Source: Welwitschia mirabilis
Taxonomy: Eukaryota
Length of the DNA: 64,000 bases
Direction: 5' to 3'
NCBI GenBank assembly: GCA_051453625.1
Contig: JBOZIK010000001.1
Span: 11,034,974-11,098,973, forward strand
Shown here: positions 1 to 12,463 of the stretch, piece after piece
Layout of the letters: every line of letters begins with the position of its first letter
How positions within the stretch are numbered: position 1 is the stretch's first letter
Notes under the pieces: generated by a model
What the model was told of the DNA's origin: nothing
Database searches by the model: none
Seen by the model: the letters and a program-made list of their open reading frames with translations, nothing else
Made by a program: the position numbers and the translations under genes

Positions 1-90
1 GCCGAATGAGGCAGTGAAGTTAAATATTATATGAGAAGCATAGATCGCCAAATGAGGCAGTGGGCTTCACAGATCGCCGAATGAGGCAGT
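1..90 (+). repeat. Three copies of a ~20-bp motif (agatc)gcc(g/a)aatgaggcagt
   Basis: Copies at 1-15 (partial), 42-61 and 71-90. Confidence 0.9.
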
Positions 91-1068
91 TAAGTTAATA
101 ATGATTACATATATTATATTTGATATTCTTGTTCATAACTATGAGTTTATTATTCATGAATGTCTTGAATTTCTTAAAAGTCTTGAACTTTTCCTTGTTG
201 TCTTGATCCTTGAAGAATCTTGCCAAAATACCTATTCTTGCTTGGGCTATACTGGGGGCTATGAAAATTTCACAGTTTTCATTCCATATCTTTTTGTGAC
301 GGGTGATAAATCTAAAGTATAATTGCTGAGATGACATGAGTTCATGATGGATCGTTGGATCTATAATGGTAGAAAAATGTTTTGATTATTATATCTCATT
401 GGGCTATTGGAGTTAATTACTTGAATCTCATGAACAATCATTATGTCAATTGTTATTTTTATGTGAGAGAGATTCTATTTATTCATAATTATGTGGCTTG
501 TAATATTTGAAGTTACTTGAAATTCTATAATTCATGTAAAACTTGTTATTTGAAGATCAAATCTTCTAGTTCTTATCTGATGAAATTTATCTTAAATCTT
601 ATCCATGTATTATGAAACATTATATTTGATATCAAATTGAACGATTATCAATTTTTGGGTATCTTTTGAAATAGATCTAAATTATGCATTATTATTATAT
701 TGTAATTGGAAACTTGCATTAGAAAATTTTTGAAAGATTTTGTGAAAAGTTGATGTTTTCTTGAATCTATTAGAAGTTTTGTAATGTATCTTCGATAAAA
801 TTTCTTTAAAATGTGGACAAGAGACTTTCTCTCCTTCCCAAAAGAAGTTATAAATTCTTGTGATGGACATTACAAAGTTTAACTTTTCTATCAATAATAT
901 AGATAGTTTTTAATTATTGCTTTTGAGGATAAGAATTAGGATTTAATTCCTTACTAAGTAAATAACGTTCGTAAGTTTAGAATGAGAAAAGCGAGCATTT
1001 CATTTCGGGGTATCATAGCATCAGAATAAGTTAAAAGTTTTCAACATTAGAAATTTTAGGATGTCACA
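1..1068 (+). mobile_element. 3' part of a Gypsy (Tekay/Del-like) LTR, starting before the window
   Basis: Ends ...ggatgtcaca and is followed after 3 nt by a perfect Met PBS. Contains internal short repeats. Lineage inferred from terminus style only. Confidence 0.55.
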
Positions 1069-1071
1069 TTT

Positions 1072-1083
1072 TGGTATCAGAGC
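1072..1083 (+). promoter_or_regulatory. Primer binding site, tRNA-iMet
   Basis: tggtatcagagc directly after an LTR-like ...CA end. Confidence 0.85.
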
Positions 1084-1839
1084 ATAAACTATGGAAGTTT
1101 GCAACTGTTGAAATTTTGGACTTTACAATATTAAAGAGCTTTAACACATATAATAAGCAAATTATATAAGGCAATGACTATAAAAACTTTTAAATTTTTC
1201 ACCTATACTAGTTCAATCACTCTCATACTTCCTTCACATGACCCCATTTCTTAGGTGCACATAGTTTGATGGACCCTATCTAGAACTGATCTACTCCTTT
1301 GACATTGAAGGCAAGAAACTAAGTGATTTTAAATGCATGTAAATTCATTTGAAAGCTCACCCTGTCAACCAGATATTAAAAAAAATTAACCAAATCTAAA
1401 AGCTTTCCCTTTTACATAGTCCTAAGAATAATATAAAGTAAAGGTTGCATTTTATATTAGGGAAAAATTAATCTTTAAATAAATCCATTTTGAATTCTAG
1501 TAATTCTACTATAGTAGTTTTATAATAATCATAATTATCTAAGTTAAGATTATTATATTACATAGAAAACTATTTTAATGCATCATTGGAAAACTAAGTA
1601 AGATGAAAAGAGGGTTTAAAAATTCATAATACATGATAACAAGCTTATAAAAACATGAAAACATATCAAAATGATAATAAACATATAACATAAACACCCA
1701 ACATCCAATGTGATACACATCTTCCCCCCTTTTGACCTCGATAACAAAGGAAGTGAATGAAACATTCTTCAATCTTCTAACTCTTCCTCTAACTCAAATG
1801 AGTCTTTCTTAGAAAAACACCCTACTTGAGAAGGTCTAT

Positions 1840-2800
1840 CTTATGCTTCTTCCTCTAAAGTATTTGCTATTAGTGTGCCTAAAGCAACAAAGACCTCCTT
1901 AATATGATAAGTTCTAGAGTTAACTTTCTTAATCATGAAAAGCATTTCATATTGTAAAGAAAGTTTGATAGGAAGGGTTTGGTCAAATTTAGAGGAGGTT
2001 TCAAATATATACATGCAAGAAAGAATTTCATACCCCATCGAAACCATCAAGGTAATAGATTCTAGCTTAGGATGAAAGTTAATCCTATAATGTTTGCAAA
2101 TATTAGTGATGTGAACAAAGTGAGGTAGGAATTTTTTCTAATGATATTTAAGTTGAAAAACCATTCTTTTTAGTGCAATGGATGGAACATCTGTAGACTT
2201 CATTTCTCCTATAGGATAGATTAAATAGGCATAGTAGTTAGAAGTATTAGATCTATAAGTTGCAAGAGAAAAAAAATTATAAGTAAAGATAAGGTAAAAA
2301 AAATGATACTTACATAAAAAATAGGAGGTGGGTAGGTTCTTCTTCCATTAAATCCATTTTCTACTATGGTGACTTGGTTCTTGTTTTTAATGCTATTTGG
2401 AAGATATTAAAACTTCTCAAGGTTACTTCTTAGACTCTTGGTAAGAGTAAAGATTAGATTTAGAGTAATCTCGATCTTCTTATCCAAGATGAAAGTTGAT
2501 ATAGTGGATGTCTCTACATTTTAAGAAGAATTTGCATGAAAAATTCTTATAAGTAGAGGATAGTCAAGACCTAAGACATTAACAAATTAGGTATCCTTAA
2601 ACTCCTTTGGAATTTGCTAACTTCTCCAAGATTTCTTACTTCATGGAATTTAACTTTCCTTTCTTAAAAAACTACCTTCTTCTCAAACTAGTCTAAATAC
2701 ATCTGTACACCTTCTTTAGACATCCCTATAAAGAAATAAAAGGCTAGTTTGCTATCCAAATCCTTTTACCTTTAGTTATAAGAGAGACCCTCTACCATTT
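1840..2800 (-). pseudogene. SIRE extra (env-like / plant transposon protein) ORF relic
   Basis: Minus-strand DYPLLIRIFHAN (~2565-2530) matches the YPxLVREFYAN-type motif. LPHFVHITNICKHY (~2130-2088) matches the LPYGxxITxI-type motif. Lies between RNase H and the PPT. Confidence 0.7.
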
Positions 2801-3189
2801 TAAAAGCTTAGAAATAAGGATCAAATAAAGATCATTAGATAGAAAGTTAGAAATGTTGATAGCTACAATGGTGAGAAAAGGAGAAAAGGCTCATGATTAA
2901 ATAGAAAAGGGCTAGCTTACTAAATAAGTTTCTAGAGATAAGGTGGATCTAATAAAATTTTGGAGTTTAAAAATATTTTTAGGATTTTTAAATACCACCC
3001 TAATTAACTGCATCATTTTTCCATCAACTTGCTTGGTCAACCAGTCAAGAACCTAGTTAACCCAATTATAATGTCCAATTTAAATCTGAGTAACCAAATA
3101 AAAGTTTAATTAATTCCATATAAATGGGATGATCAAGTAAACTTGAATGAAAGTTGGATTAACTATCCTACACTCAGTTAGAGGACAAC

Positions 3190-6100
3190 GACGAAATGCC
3201 TAGCTCCCTTCTTAAGATGAAAAATATATCAAAATTTAGGTGCTTAGTAAAGATATCTATTAGTTTATCGTTAGATTTCATAAAATTCATAAAATTATTA
3301 CTCTTTTCAACTTGATCTAGAAGGAAATGATGTTTAATATTTATTTGTTTAGTGAAAAAGTAAAGAAGGATATTTTAAAGATGTTAATGGCGCTTGCATT
3401 ATCACAAAAAATTAGGATCTATCCATAATTCATTTGTAAATCCTTTATCATTCCCTTCATCCATAGAATTTGAGTGTAATAGCTCTTGATAACAATTTAC
3501 TTTGCTTTTGTAGTTGACAAGCATACTGAGTTTTGTATTTTTCTTACCAAAGAAACTAAGCATGATTTAAGTAAGAAATATTTTTTGCTTTTACTTTTTC
3601 TATCATCCTTGCATCTAGCCCCATTTATCTCATCAAACCCTGCAAGATCATAAGATGTTACATGAGGATACTAGAGGTCTAACTCACTTGTACATACTTA
3701 CTTGTACCTTTATTATATCTCATGATTCATTTAGCATCTTATTGGGGGGATTCCTTTGGATTAACATGGTATCTACCATGTACACTAACGCTAAACATTA
3801 TATCAAGTCTAACTAGTAGTTAGATACAACAAGTTTCAAATCATCCTTCTATATAATTTTTGTATCTATTGATTTATCATTTAGATCTAAATCCATACAT
3901 TTCTTATAGACAGAGGAATATTAACTATCTTAGTGCATTCTCTAAACTAAACTACTTAACTAAATTCTTTTCATACTTTGTTTGAAATACAAAGATACCT
4001 TGATCACTTTGTTTCATTTGCAATTTGACAAACATACTTACCTCTCCTATCATGTTCATCTCAAAATGTTTCTACATTAATCTAGCAAATTCTAATAATA
4101 GATAGTTATTTGAAGCTCCAAGAATAATTTCATTCATATATATTGGAATAATAATGAATTCTTTGCCTACATTTTTTATGAATAAACTCTTATCTATTTA
4201 GCCTCTTTGATATCCACTATTTAAAAGAAAACTAGCTAGTTTTTCATACCAAGTTCTTTATGCTTACTTTAAACCATATAGGTCCTTTTTAATTTTATAG
4301 ACATAATTTAAATGATGAAGATTAATAAATCCTTTAGGTTGTTCTACATAGACTTTCTCATTCAAGATACCATTTAAGAATGCACTTTTAAAAATCATCT
4401 AGAAAACATTAAAATCTTTGAAAGTGGTACAAGATAGGAACATGAAAATGCTTTCTAACTTGAAAACTAGAGCAAAGGTATCCCCAACATTAATACCTTC
4501 TATTTAATTGTATATTTGGGTAACTAGCTTTATCTTATTATCTATGATTACATTGTTTTGATCACATTGTTTTTGAAAATCCACTTAGTTTTAATCACAT
4601 TCTTGTCTTTCGGTCTTGTCATCATCATAATCCATTCTTCATGTTGTTTAGCCTTTTCAAAGTCTTTAAGCTCTACCTAACAAACATAGGACACATGACC
4701 ACAAAAATGTTATGAATGTTTACTGTAAATCAATGCTAAAGAAAATGAATCAGTGAGCACAAGGACAACATACATAGATTTACATGGAAAACCTTTCAGG
4801 AAAAAATCATGAAAAGTAGATATAGAACTTAATGTTATTCAAGAAGCAAAAGAATCAACCATATATAAAAAACCTCTAAGTAACCTTTAAATAGGTTTAA
4901 GGTTTCAAGCCAAGACAATCTAGAAAGGTCCTTCTTTTTTCCTTTTTTCTTTTTTTCTTTTTTGTAATTTTGAAATACCCTAAGGATTTAAAACATAACC
5001 TCCTTTTACAACATTACAAAAAGAGCGATCAATGTTAAAACATAACATTACAATATAAACAAGACAAGTTTGGCTTTACTTTTCCCATGAAAAAATCTTA
5101 AGGGGATTGTCTTATATGCATATATTAGTTGATATTACTAATGATTGAATCAGAGAATGACCCTTAACTTATTAAATTTATTCTCCTCAAGTTATTGATT
5201 TCTAACTAGATCCATCACTCCTTCTTAAGTATACCTTTTCATAAGAAAAATCTTTAAGAGATTTTCTTTTCTTATCATCTATATTTGATTAACTGAAATT
5301 AGCATCATCATTTTATTCATTTATAGACTCTTTTACTGAGAGAGTATGTTTATGAAAAACTCTATAGGCTCTAATTCAAGAATAATATCCAAGAAAAAGT
5401 AGCTTCATCTATAGTGGAATCAAAATTTTATAAGTTTTCTCTGTCTTTTCATGTGAAACATTTACTCCCAAATGCTTTAAGATAAGGAACATTTCACTTT
5501 CTACTTGTTCACATTTCATAAGGAGTTTTATTCATACCTAGACTTGAGTATACTTGTTTAATGATATGATAAGAAATATTTGTTGCTTTAGTCCAAAAGT
5601 TTCTGGGTACCTATTTATCATTTAGCATTATTCTAGCCATCTCTTAAAGGGCTTGATTTTTCTTTTTAACCTCTCCATTTTGTTATGGAATCTTTGGTGA
5701 TGAAAATTCATGCTTAACACCATTATTAATACAAATTTTTTTAAAATATTGATGCTCAAATTCACCTCCATGATCACTTCTAGTCTTCTTACTAACATAT
5801 CCTTTTTCATTTTGCACTAAATTCCAAATTTCTATAAAATGCTTAAAATATTTAGATTTATTTCTCAAAAATGATACCCAGGAAATTCAAGAGTAGCTAT
5901 AATTGATGACCAAGACATATATTTTACCAATAGGCTTGTAGTTTTAGAAGGGCCTACTAGATCTATATGAATAACATAAAGAGGCATGGTAGTTGATATG
6001 ACATTTTTACTTTTATAAGATGTTTTTATTTACTTTTCTTTTTGACATGTATTACATATGTTATGCTAAACAAAGCTTATTCTTGAAAGATCTCTTACTA

Positions 6101-8212
6101 TCTCCTTCTTTATGAAGATCTCCAAGTGATCATAATTACATGCCTTAATATTTTATGCCATAGATCTTAATTGTTTACATACGAAACATAGCAAGTGAAG
6201 GCAGAAAATTGTTCTATGTAATACACGTTATTAGTCCTTTTTTCTAGAAGTACTATATCATTAATTTTTACCTTTTTAACTTCACATTTGCTATGATAAA
6301 AATTAGCTTTATGCCATTTTTCATAAATCTAATTAATACAAATAAGATTTTGCTTTAAATCATTTACATATAAAACCTCATTAATTTTTGGAATGTTACC
6401 TCCTCCAGTGGTATCTATTCTTTCTATCTTAGCCTTAACATCATTTTTAAAGATGACTTATCCATCAAAAATTTTCAAACATTAGAATCTTGATCAAGTT
6501 CTAGACATATGATGAAAGCATCCATAATCAAGGCACTAATAAGTACCACTACTAGCCTTGCACAGTGCTTAAATTAAGAAACTTTTAAAATCATCAACTT
6601 TTATTGACGTAGTCTTTCATGACCTTTGAGCAAAAATTTGATTAGGCATAAATTTAAATGATAAGTACTAATATTTTTAAAATACATCTTTCTAAATGAA
6701 CAGTTAAATTTAGAGTGATCAAACTTACAACAAAAATAACATGTGAAATTTGTAGTTGAAAGAGTCATATCTTTAATAGTTACCTTAGTGGATAATGTTA
6801 ATATTGAGATACTTTTATATTCAATTCTCTTTTTTTTGAATAAAAATTGATCTAAATTAAACATATTTTTAAGTTTCTTAGATATGTTATGTATCTATTT
6901 AATGTTTTTAAAAAATAATCCAATTTTCTTAGTGAGGCTTAAGTTCTCATCTTGAATCTCTTTAAGTCATTAATTTATTGCCTCCTTTTCCTCATTGAGG
7001 TCCTTAATGATTTTTTTAAATCATTGACTTGCTCATAAAGACTTTTACATTTTTAGTAAAGTTATTAATAGATCTCTTCAACATCATCCTCTTCATTCTC
7101 TTCACTTATGTCCTAGTCATCATGGTCACATTAATACTGTATCATAGTAGTGAGAGATACAAAGGCCATAAATGATAACCTTCTTCTGGATTCTGCTTTA
7201 GTGTTTGATTCACATTATCCATCATCTTCAATATTATCCCATGTAGAAACAAATAATAAGGTCTTTAACTTTTTCATCTCAACTCCATGCTTGTTGTTTA
7301 GTCATTCACTAGCCATATGACCAAAGCTCTTCGATGCATAGCATTGAATCTCCTTTCTTCTTTCAAAAATTTTCTTTGACTTGGAGAAACTTATTCTTAT
7401 GATCTTACTCGATTTCCCTTCTTTTTGTTTTAACATAAATATTTTGAATCTATCCTTAATAAGGTAACCTCATCTTCATCTATCCCCTTCTCTAATTGAT
7501 CATTATTATTTCCTTCATAAGTGCTTTTTTAGGGCTAAGCTCTTTTGCTTATTCTTAGATAAAAATTTAGTTTGTATGCTTGTAGATTTTTGAGAATTTT
7601 GTCAATCCACCTTTTTTTCAAGTCCTTGCTTTCCTTGATTACTATTATCTTAGGTTTAAATATTCTAGGTAAAGATATTAACACATTTCTTACTACTCAT
7701 GATTATTCAATTTTTTTCTTCTAAGACTCTTGATAGAGTTAATAATTAGTTATCTTCACAAAGAATTCTTGCAATGTTTTCTCCTCATCCATTCTGATAA
7801 CTTCAGCTTTGGAGATTACCATTTGAAATTTAGCTTACTTCACACAGGATGTGCCTTTATGAGTAGTTTCTAAAATGATCTAAGATTAATTTATTGATTT
7901 GCAATTACCTATTTTTTCTGGACTCCTTAGCATTAACTACATAGAAAATAGCATTTAAATTAGAAAAGTTAAAATTAGTCAAATTTTTAACTATTAGATT
8001 TCATTTACCCTTATGCTCTAGGGACATAGTTGTATTTCTTGTAGCATCAATATGGGTAGTTATAGGAATATGGCATTCACTTTCTAGAATATCTTCAATA
8101 TCTACATTAATGGATTATAAGAAAATTCTCATCCTAGCCTTCTAGTATCCATAGTTTATTCTATCAAATATTAGATACCTAGTAACAAAGATATCTTTAT
8201 AATAGTACTTAT
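3190..8212 (-). pseudogene. Copia gag-pol relic (gag, protease, integrase, RT, RNase H)
   Basis: Knuckles at ~7345 and CYFCCKFDHSKFNC (~6745-6700). Protease CLDYGCFHHMS (~6535). Integrase LWHKILRH (~6165) and RSDHGGEF (~5780). RT ~4600-3800. RNase H KQINIKHHFL (~3350). Many stops and frameshifts. Confidence 0.9.
4708..5018. mobile_element. Solo LTR (~310 bp, Copia-type) inserted in SIRE pol
   Basis: TG...CA ends (tgttatga...cattaca) with flanks aaaaa/aaaag. Contains the copia-LTR-like motif gatttacatggaaaacc. Interrupts the frame next to FCGHVSYV-x-VELKDFEKA. Confidence 0.65.
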
Positions 8213-8282
8213 GGCTAGGGTTATTAAGTCAAGTAATGGTTAAAATTTTGGTGTTGACTTAACTTGATCCTCTAATATGAAA

Positions 8283-9248
8283 TGTATAATTAAAGTAATC
8301 CTTGTTTGAAATGAGGAGGAGGATGAGGAATAGGATTTTCAAAAATTATTTTAACAACTAATACAGCTTGAGAGTAATACTAAACATAAATCAAATATAA
8401 TGAAAATATACTTGCAAGAATACCAAGAAAAATACTAAAGACACAATTTTTATAATTGTTCAAGAAATATCATATTCTACTCTTAGAAGATAGCCAATAA
8501 CCATGACTATTTTAGATCTCTGTTACGTCACTATCCACGAGGTTTTTAAAGATAACCTTCAACCTTTACAAAATGGGCTTGTATAGGGTAAGTCTTAATC
8601 TTTCAAAAGATTTTGAGTATGAGTGACATAATGATGCCTTAGTATCTAGATTTTCTCAGAAGTAAGTATAACCAAAAGAGCCTTCTTTCTTAAGTATAGT
8701 ATAGGGTTAAGTACAAAAGAAAGTATAAAGATTTTTTAAAGATATGTCTTTTGGATAATAGGTATGGTTCACCTTTTTACCATAGATTGATCCACAATTT
8801 TTTTAGTCCTAATAGTAGTCTTTTATATGATACTATTGGAAAATAGCTATTAGAAGAACAATAGAAAGTTTTGACATATACAATAGGAAGATTAGATAAG
8901 GCAATGGCTAAAAATAACTTTAAAATTTATTGCCTATATTGGTTTTGTCATCCCTATGTTTTATCTTATGGATCTCATTTCTTAGTTGCACATAGTTTGG
9001 ATGACCCTATTTAGACCTTGTTAACCCCACTCCAATTGGCTTGATATGCTTTTTTCATCCCAATGGTTATCTAGTTGGCTTAATGTTTGAGACTTTGAAC
9101 TAATAGTAAAGTAACTGAAATCAGAACAAGTCTAAGCCATGACTTTCTTCCAACCATGAAACCCTCATTTTCTTGCATTTGTGAAGTTACATTACATGAT
9201 CCAGATATCATGTTAGTTTGACATCAAGTGGAAACATAAATCCTAACA
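8283..9248 (-). repeat. 5' LTR of the SIRE-like element
   Basis: Bounded by a decayed PBS on the left and ...tcctaaca on the right. Partial copy at 1100-1290. Confidence 0.75.
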
Positions 9249-11387
9249 TCATTTGGTAGAAATTAAATATATAATTAAAGTCATTAGAGGCTAGACTTAT
9301 TAGTTAGTGAAATATGAAATTATAAGGTTTCAAGTTGTATTTTCCAAGGAGGAAGTTTGGGCTTAAAATATGAAGCCATTTTATGTATAACTCAGTTTAT
9401 GGGGCCTATTTTATAGGCCAAACTATGGAATTTTTTGTTGCAATTAACTATAACATCTCAATTCCTTTCTTAAATTGAAACTAATAAGTCATTTGCTGAA
9501 TTAGGCTAAGAAATGAAATTATGAGACAACTTTTTATATAATTTTTAAGAATGAAATCTTGTAATCATTAGGTCTTAAATTAGGGTATTGAAACTTTGTA
9601 AGAGGCCTAACTTATATTTTCTAAGTTTGTAATAGCCTCTAAATGACCTATAAAATGGAGGGATAGTAAACGTTTAGATATATCATTCTCATATGAATTT
9701 TTATTTTGAGTTTGAACCTTCTAATAAAGGGGTGTTTTCAATAAACTCATAGTTGAGTACATCTATATAATGTTTCTTATTAACAGAAACTACATTCATT
9801 AGTTATTTCTAGTGTTATTATTGTATTTCTAGTTTACATTCCCTAAGCTACATCTTGGACATTTTGTTGTCTGATCTACATCCTCTTGGTATTAAAGCTA
9901 CCATGATAGTATTATTTTGAATTTGTTTATTGAATCAAGTTTGAAGGAGAGAATTCAAAAGAAGCCTCTACCATCCATTTACAAAATAAGTTGATAAATC
10001 AAAAGGAAGACATAAGCAAGCTTGAATACATGATATAAATTCTCATGCAAAATATGTGTGTATATTATACTTACAAAAAGAAAAATCAATTTTTAAAAAG
10101 AAGAAAAAGAAGAGGATGAAGTAAAGAAACCACTCCTAGGGCAAGAGAAATCTTGTTCTTCTCAAAGATAAGACAAAGAATCCTTTGTATGTGGAACCAT
10201 ATAAGGAAAGTATTAAATCAAAAAACTCAAAGATTAGGTTCCTAGTCATAAGAAATACTTTTAAAAAGAAGAAAGGTCCCATAATAGGGGTGCAAATAGC
10301 ACCTTCTCTCTTACATCATCTTGTAATTATTTGGTGGGAATGCTTGAAAATAAAGAGGAATAACTTAGGATATCATCTTGCTATGTAAATTTTACATACA
10401 TCTTAAAGAACAATTCATGACAAGAGCTCATTTTTTTAAAGTTGGCTAGAAAGACGTAAAATCTTTGTGAATAATATAACTTAGTGATATAGTATAGGAA
10501 TGATTTTCATAGCTAATCCATCCAAGAAAGTTATTTTGAAGAAGGTATTATGAAGGTAATGAAATATACTAATGTCCTTAAACTTTTCATTTACAATGAA
10601 GATTCTATGCTTTGTGCTCATAGTATAGAGTAAGCATTTCAACTAACTTTATAGGTTAAAGAGAAATTAAAACACACAGAAAATATCTCTACAAAAAATA
10701 AGGGAAAGGAGAAAGGAATACAAAGAGTTAAGGATAAAGTCTAGAGAAGGTCATAAAACACACTACATCATCAAATGACCAAGAAGAAAAGGATAAACAA
10801 GATATCCATTTTAATGCTAAAAGATGTAATAAACCAATTAATTATTACAGTTACAATAAGATAGGCCATAAAGTATATGAATATAAATATAGAAAAATAG
10901 CAAGGGTAGTATGTATAACAATGTATGAAAAGGAAGGATTTAGTAAGGAATTAAACAAGAAAGTAACTAAAGTCATACCAAGTAAAAAAAGTAAGAATTT
11001 GAATGTTAAAATATTTTGATGAAAAGATTTCACTTCATTTAGTCATCCATGTCAAAGAAAGAAAATTTTTAGGACAATATGCAAATATAAGAATAAAGCA
11101 TGTAAGATTATTATTGATAATGATAACATAGATAATTTGGTCTCTAGGGAAATCATAGAGAATCTATATTTAAATGTACACCCCCTTCCCCTCTTTTTTC
11201 AAACCCTTATCATAGTTGCAAAAGGGATGTCATATCACTATTATTGAATAATGTCTTATTAAAGTTTAAGATTGATAATTTCCAAGATAATGTAAAATGC
11301 GATGTTGTTCTTATGGATTCATGTCATTTACTGCTTGATATGTCCTAACAAGTTAATACTGATACTATACATAATGGTAAGAAAATT

Positions 11388-12463
11388 TAAGGTAGCATGA
11401 CTCGATTTACCAAGAAAGTTAAAATTTGACTTGAAACTCATGAGTAACTTATTAACTCACCAACTCACTTCATTTTGAGTTGTTCTTAAGTATATATAAC
11501 AATATAAAACATTTTAATAATAAGTAATGTGATATGAACTTGTTTATTCGATGGAATCATAGAATCAATTAATGAACATATGATTATATTAATAACAAAA
11601 CACATGAAACATTGATATTTACTATGTAAAATGTAAATTACATAAGTAATAAGCCAAAGTAGTGGTATATATGTAATGTCACAAAATGACAATGAAAAAA
11701 CAAATGAAGTCAAATACTATAAAAAGATATACATCATAAAACCATCAAATGAATAGGAAAACATCCATGAACAAACAATGCAAAACGCTTATTAAAAAGA
11801 TAAACTTACAAACAAACCAAAAGATGCTTGAAGCTTTAACTCCCAAGCCCTCGAGTAGAGATCATTTATTAAGCAAAATGTTGTCTAAAATAACTTAAAG
11901 TCATAATACAACCTCACAAGGAATTAAATAGATGTAGGGCAAAGCTATCTAGAATATTGTAGATCTATTCCCTTTAAATAGTTACAAGTATTAGTTAACC
12001 CATGCAGCACTTTTAAGAGATCATGTTAAACATGAGATGACTTTATTTAAAAATCATCCTTCAAAATAATAATATTTTTTAATAGAATGGTTATCAATAA
12101 AACATCACATTACAAAAGATATAAATTTGTCTTTACAGTATACATGTGAAAAGAAGTGTCCAAATCCAATTCACAACCATATATTTATTCTTTCATAAAT
12201 TATGGTACTTACTTTGTAGCAACAAGTTTAAAAATTTTTAAAATGAAGAAATTTAAATCTTTATCACATGAAAAGAATCAAAAAGGTTTTAGCTTACCTA
12301 GCTCATGATCACTTGGTATGAGTTAAATTTTTTTAAAAAGTTTAAAGAAAAAAAGGAATTCACTTTAACTCAAGGGTGCTAAGTCAAAGAAAGTAACTCA
12401 TCAATCTTTAGAGAGTCATCAACATGTGAGTTACTTGCTTTGACTCAAAGAGTTATGCCCTCG
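11388..12463. mobile_element. Non-autonomous DNA transposon (hAT-like) inserted in CRM-1 between protease and RT
   Basis: The CRM frame breaks after TDTIHNGKK and resumes at TIIDVKEMMFKLLP (compare NNYIIIDTNEKRFELLP in CRM-2). Degenerate inverted ends taaggtagcatgactcg / gagttatgccctcg. Subterminal actc/gagt motif clusters. No clear TSD. Confidence 0.6.

Larger units (their letters stand above)
1100..9248 (-). mobile_element. Degenerate Sirevirus (SIRE)-like Ty1/Copia retrotransposon
   Basis: 5' LTR ~8283-9248 (minus strand starts TGTTAGG). 3' LTR remnant ~1100-1290 resembles 8830-9020. Decayed Met PBS ~8268-8280. Several PPT-like tracts (e.g. cttcccccctttt at 1721). Copia domain order, two Gag zinc knuckles and an extra ORF after pol. 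Confidence 0.85.

Noticed and set aside
1-90. CRISPR-like repeat-spacer pattern
   Set aside because: Only three copies with irregular spacers (26 and 9 bp), inside a plant LTR, with no cas genes.
11980-12200. BED zinc finger relic in the hAT-like insert
   Set aside because: Cys/His spacing too decayed to support.
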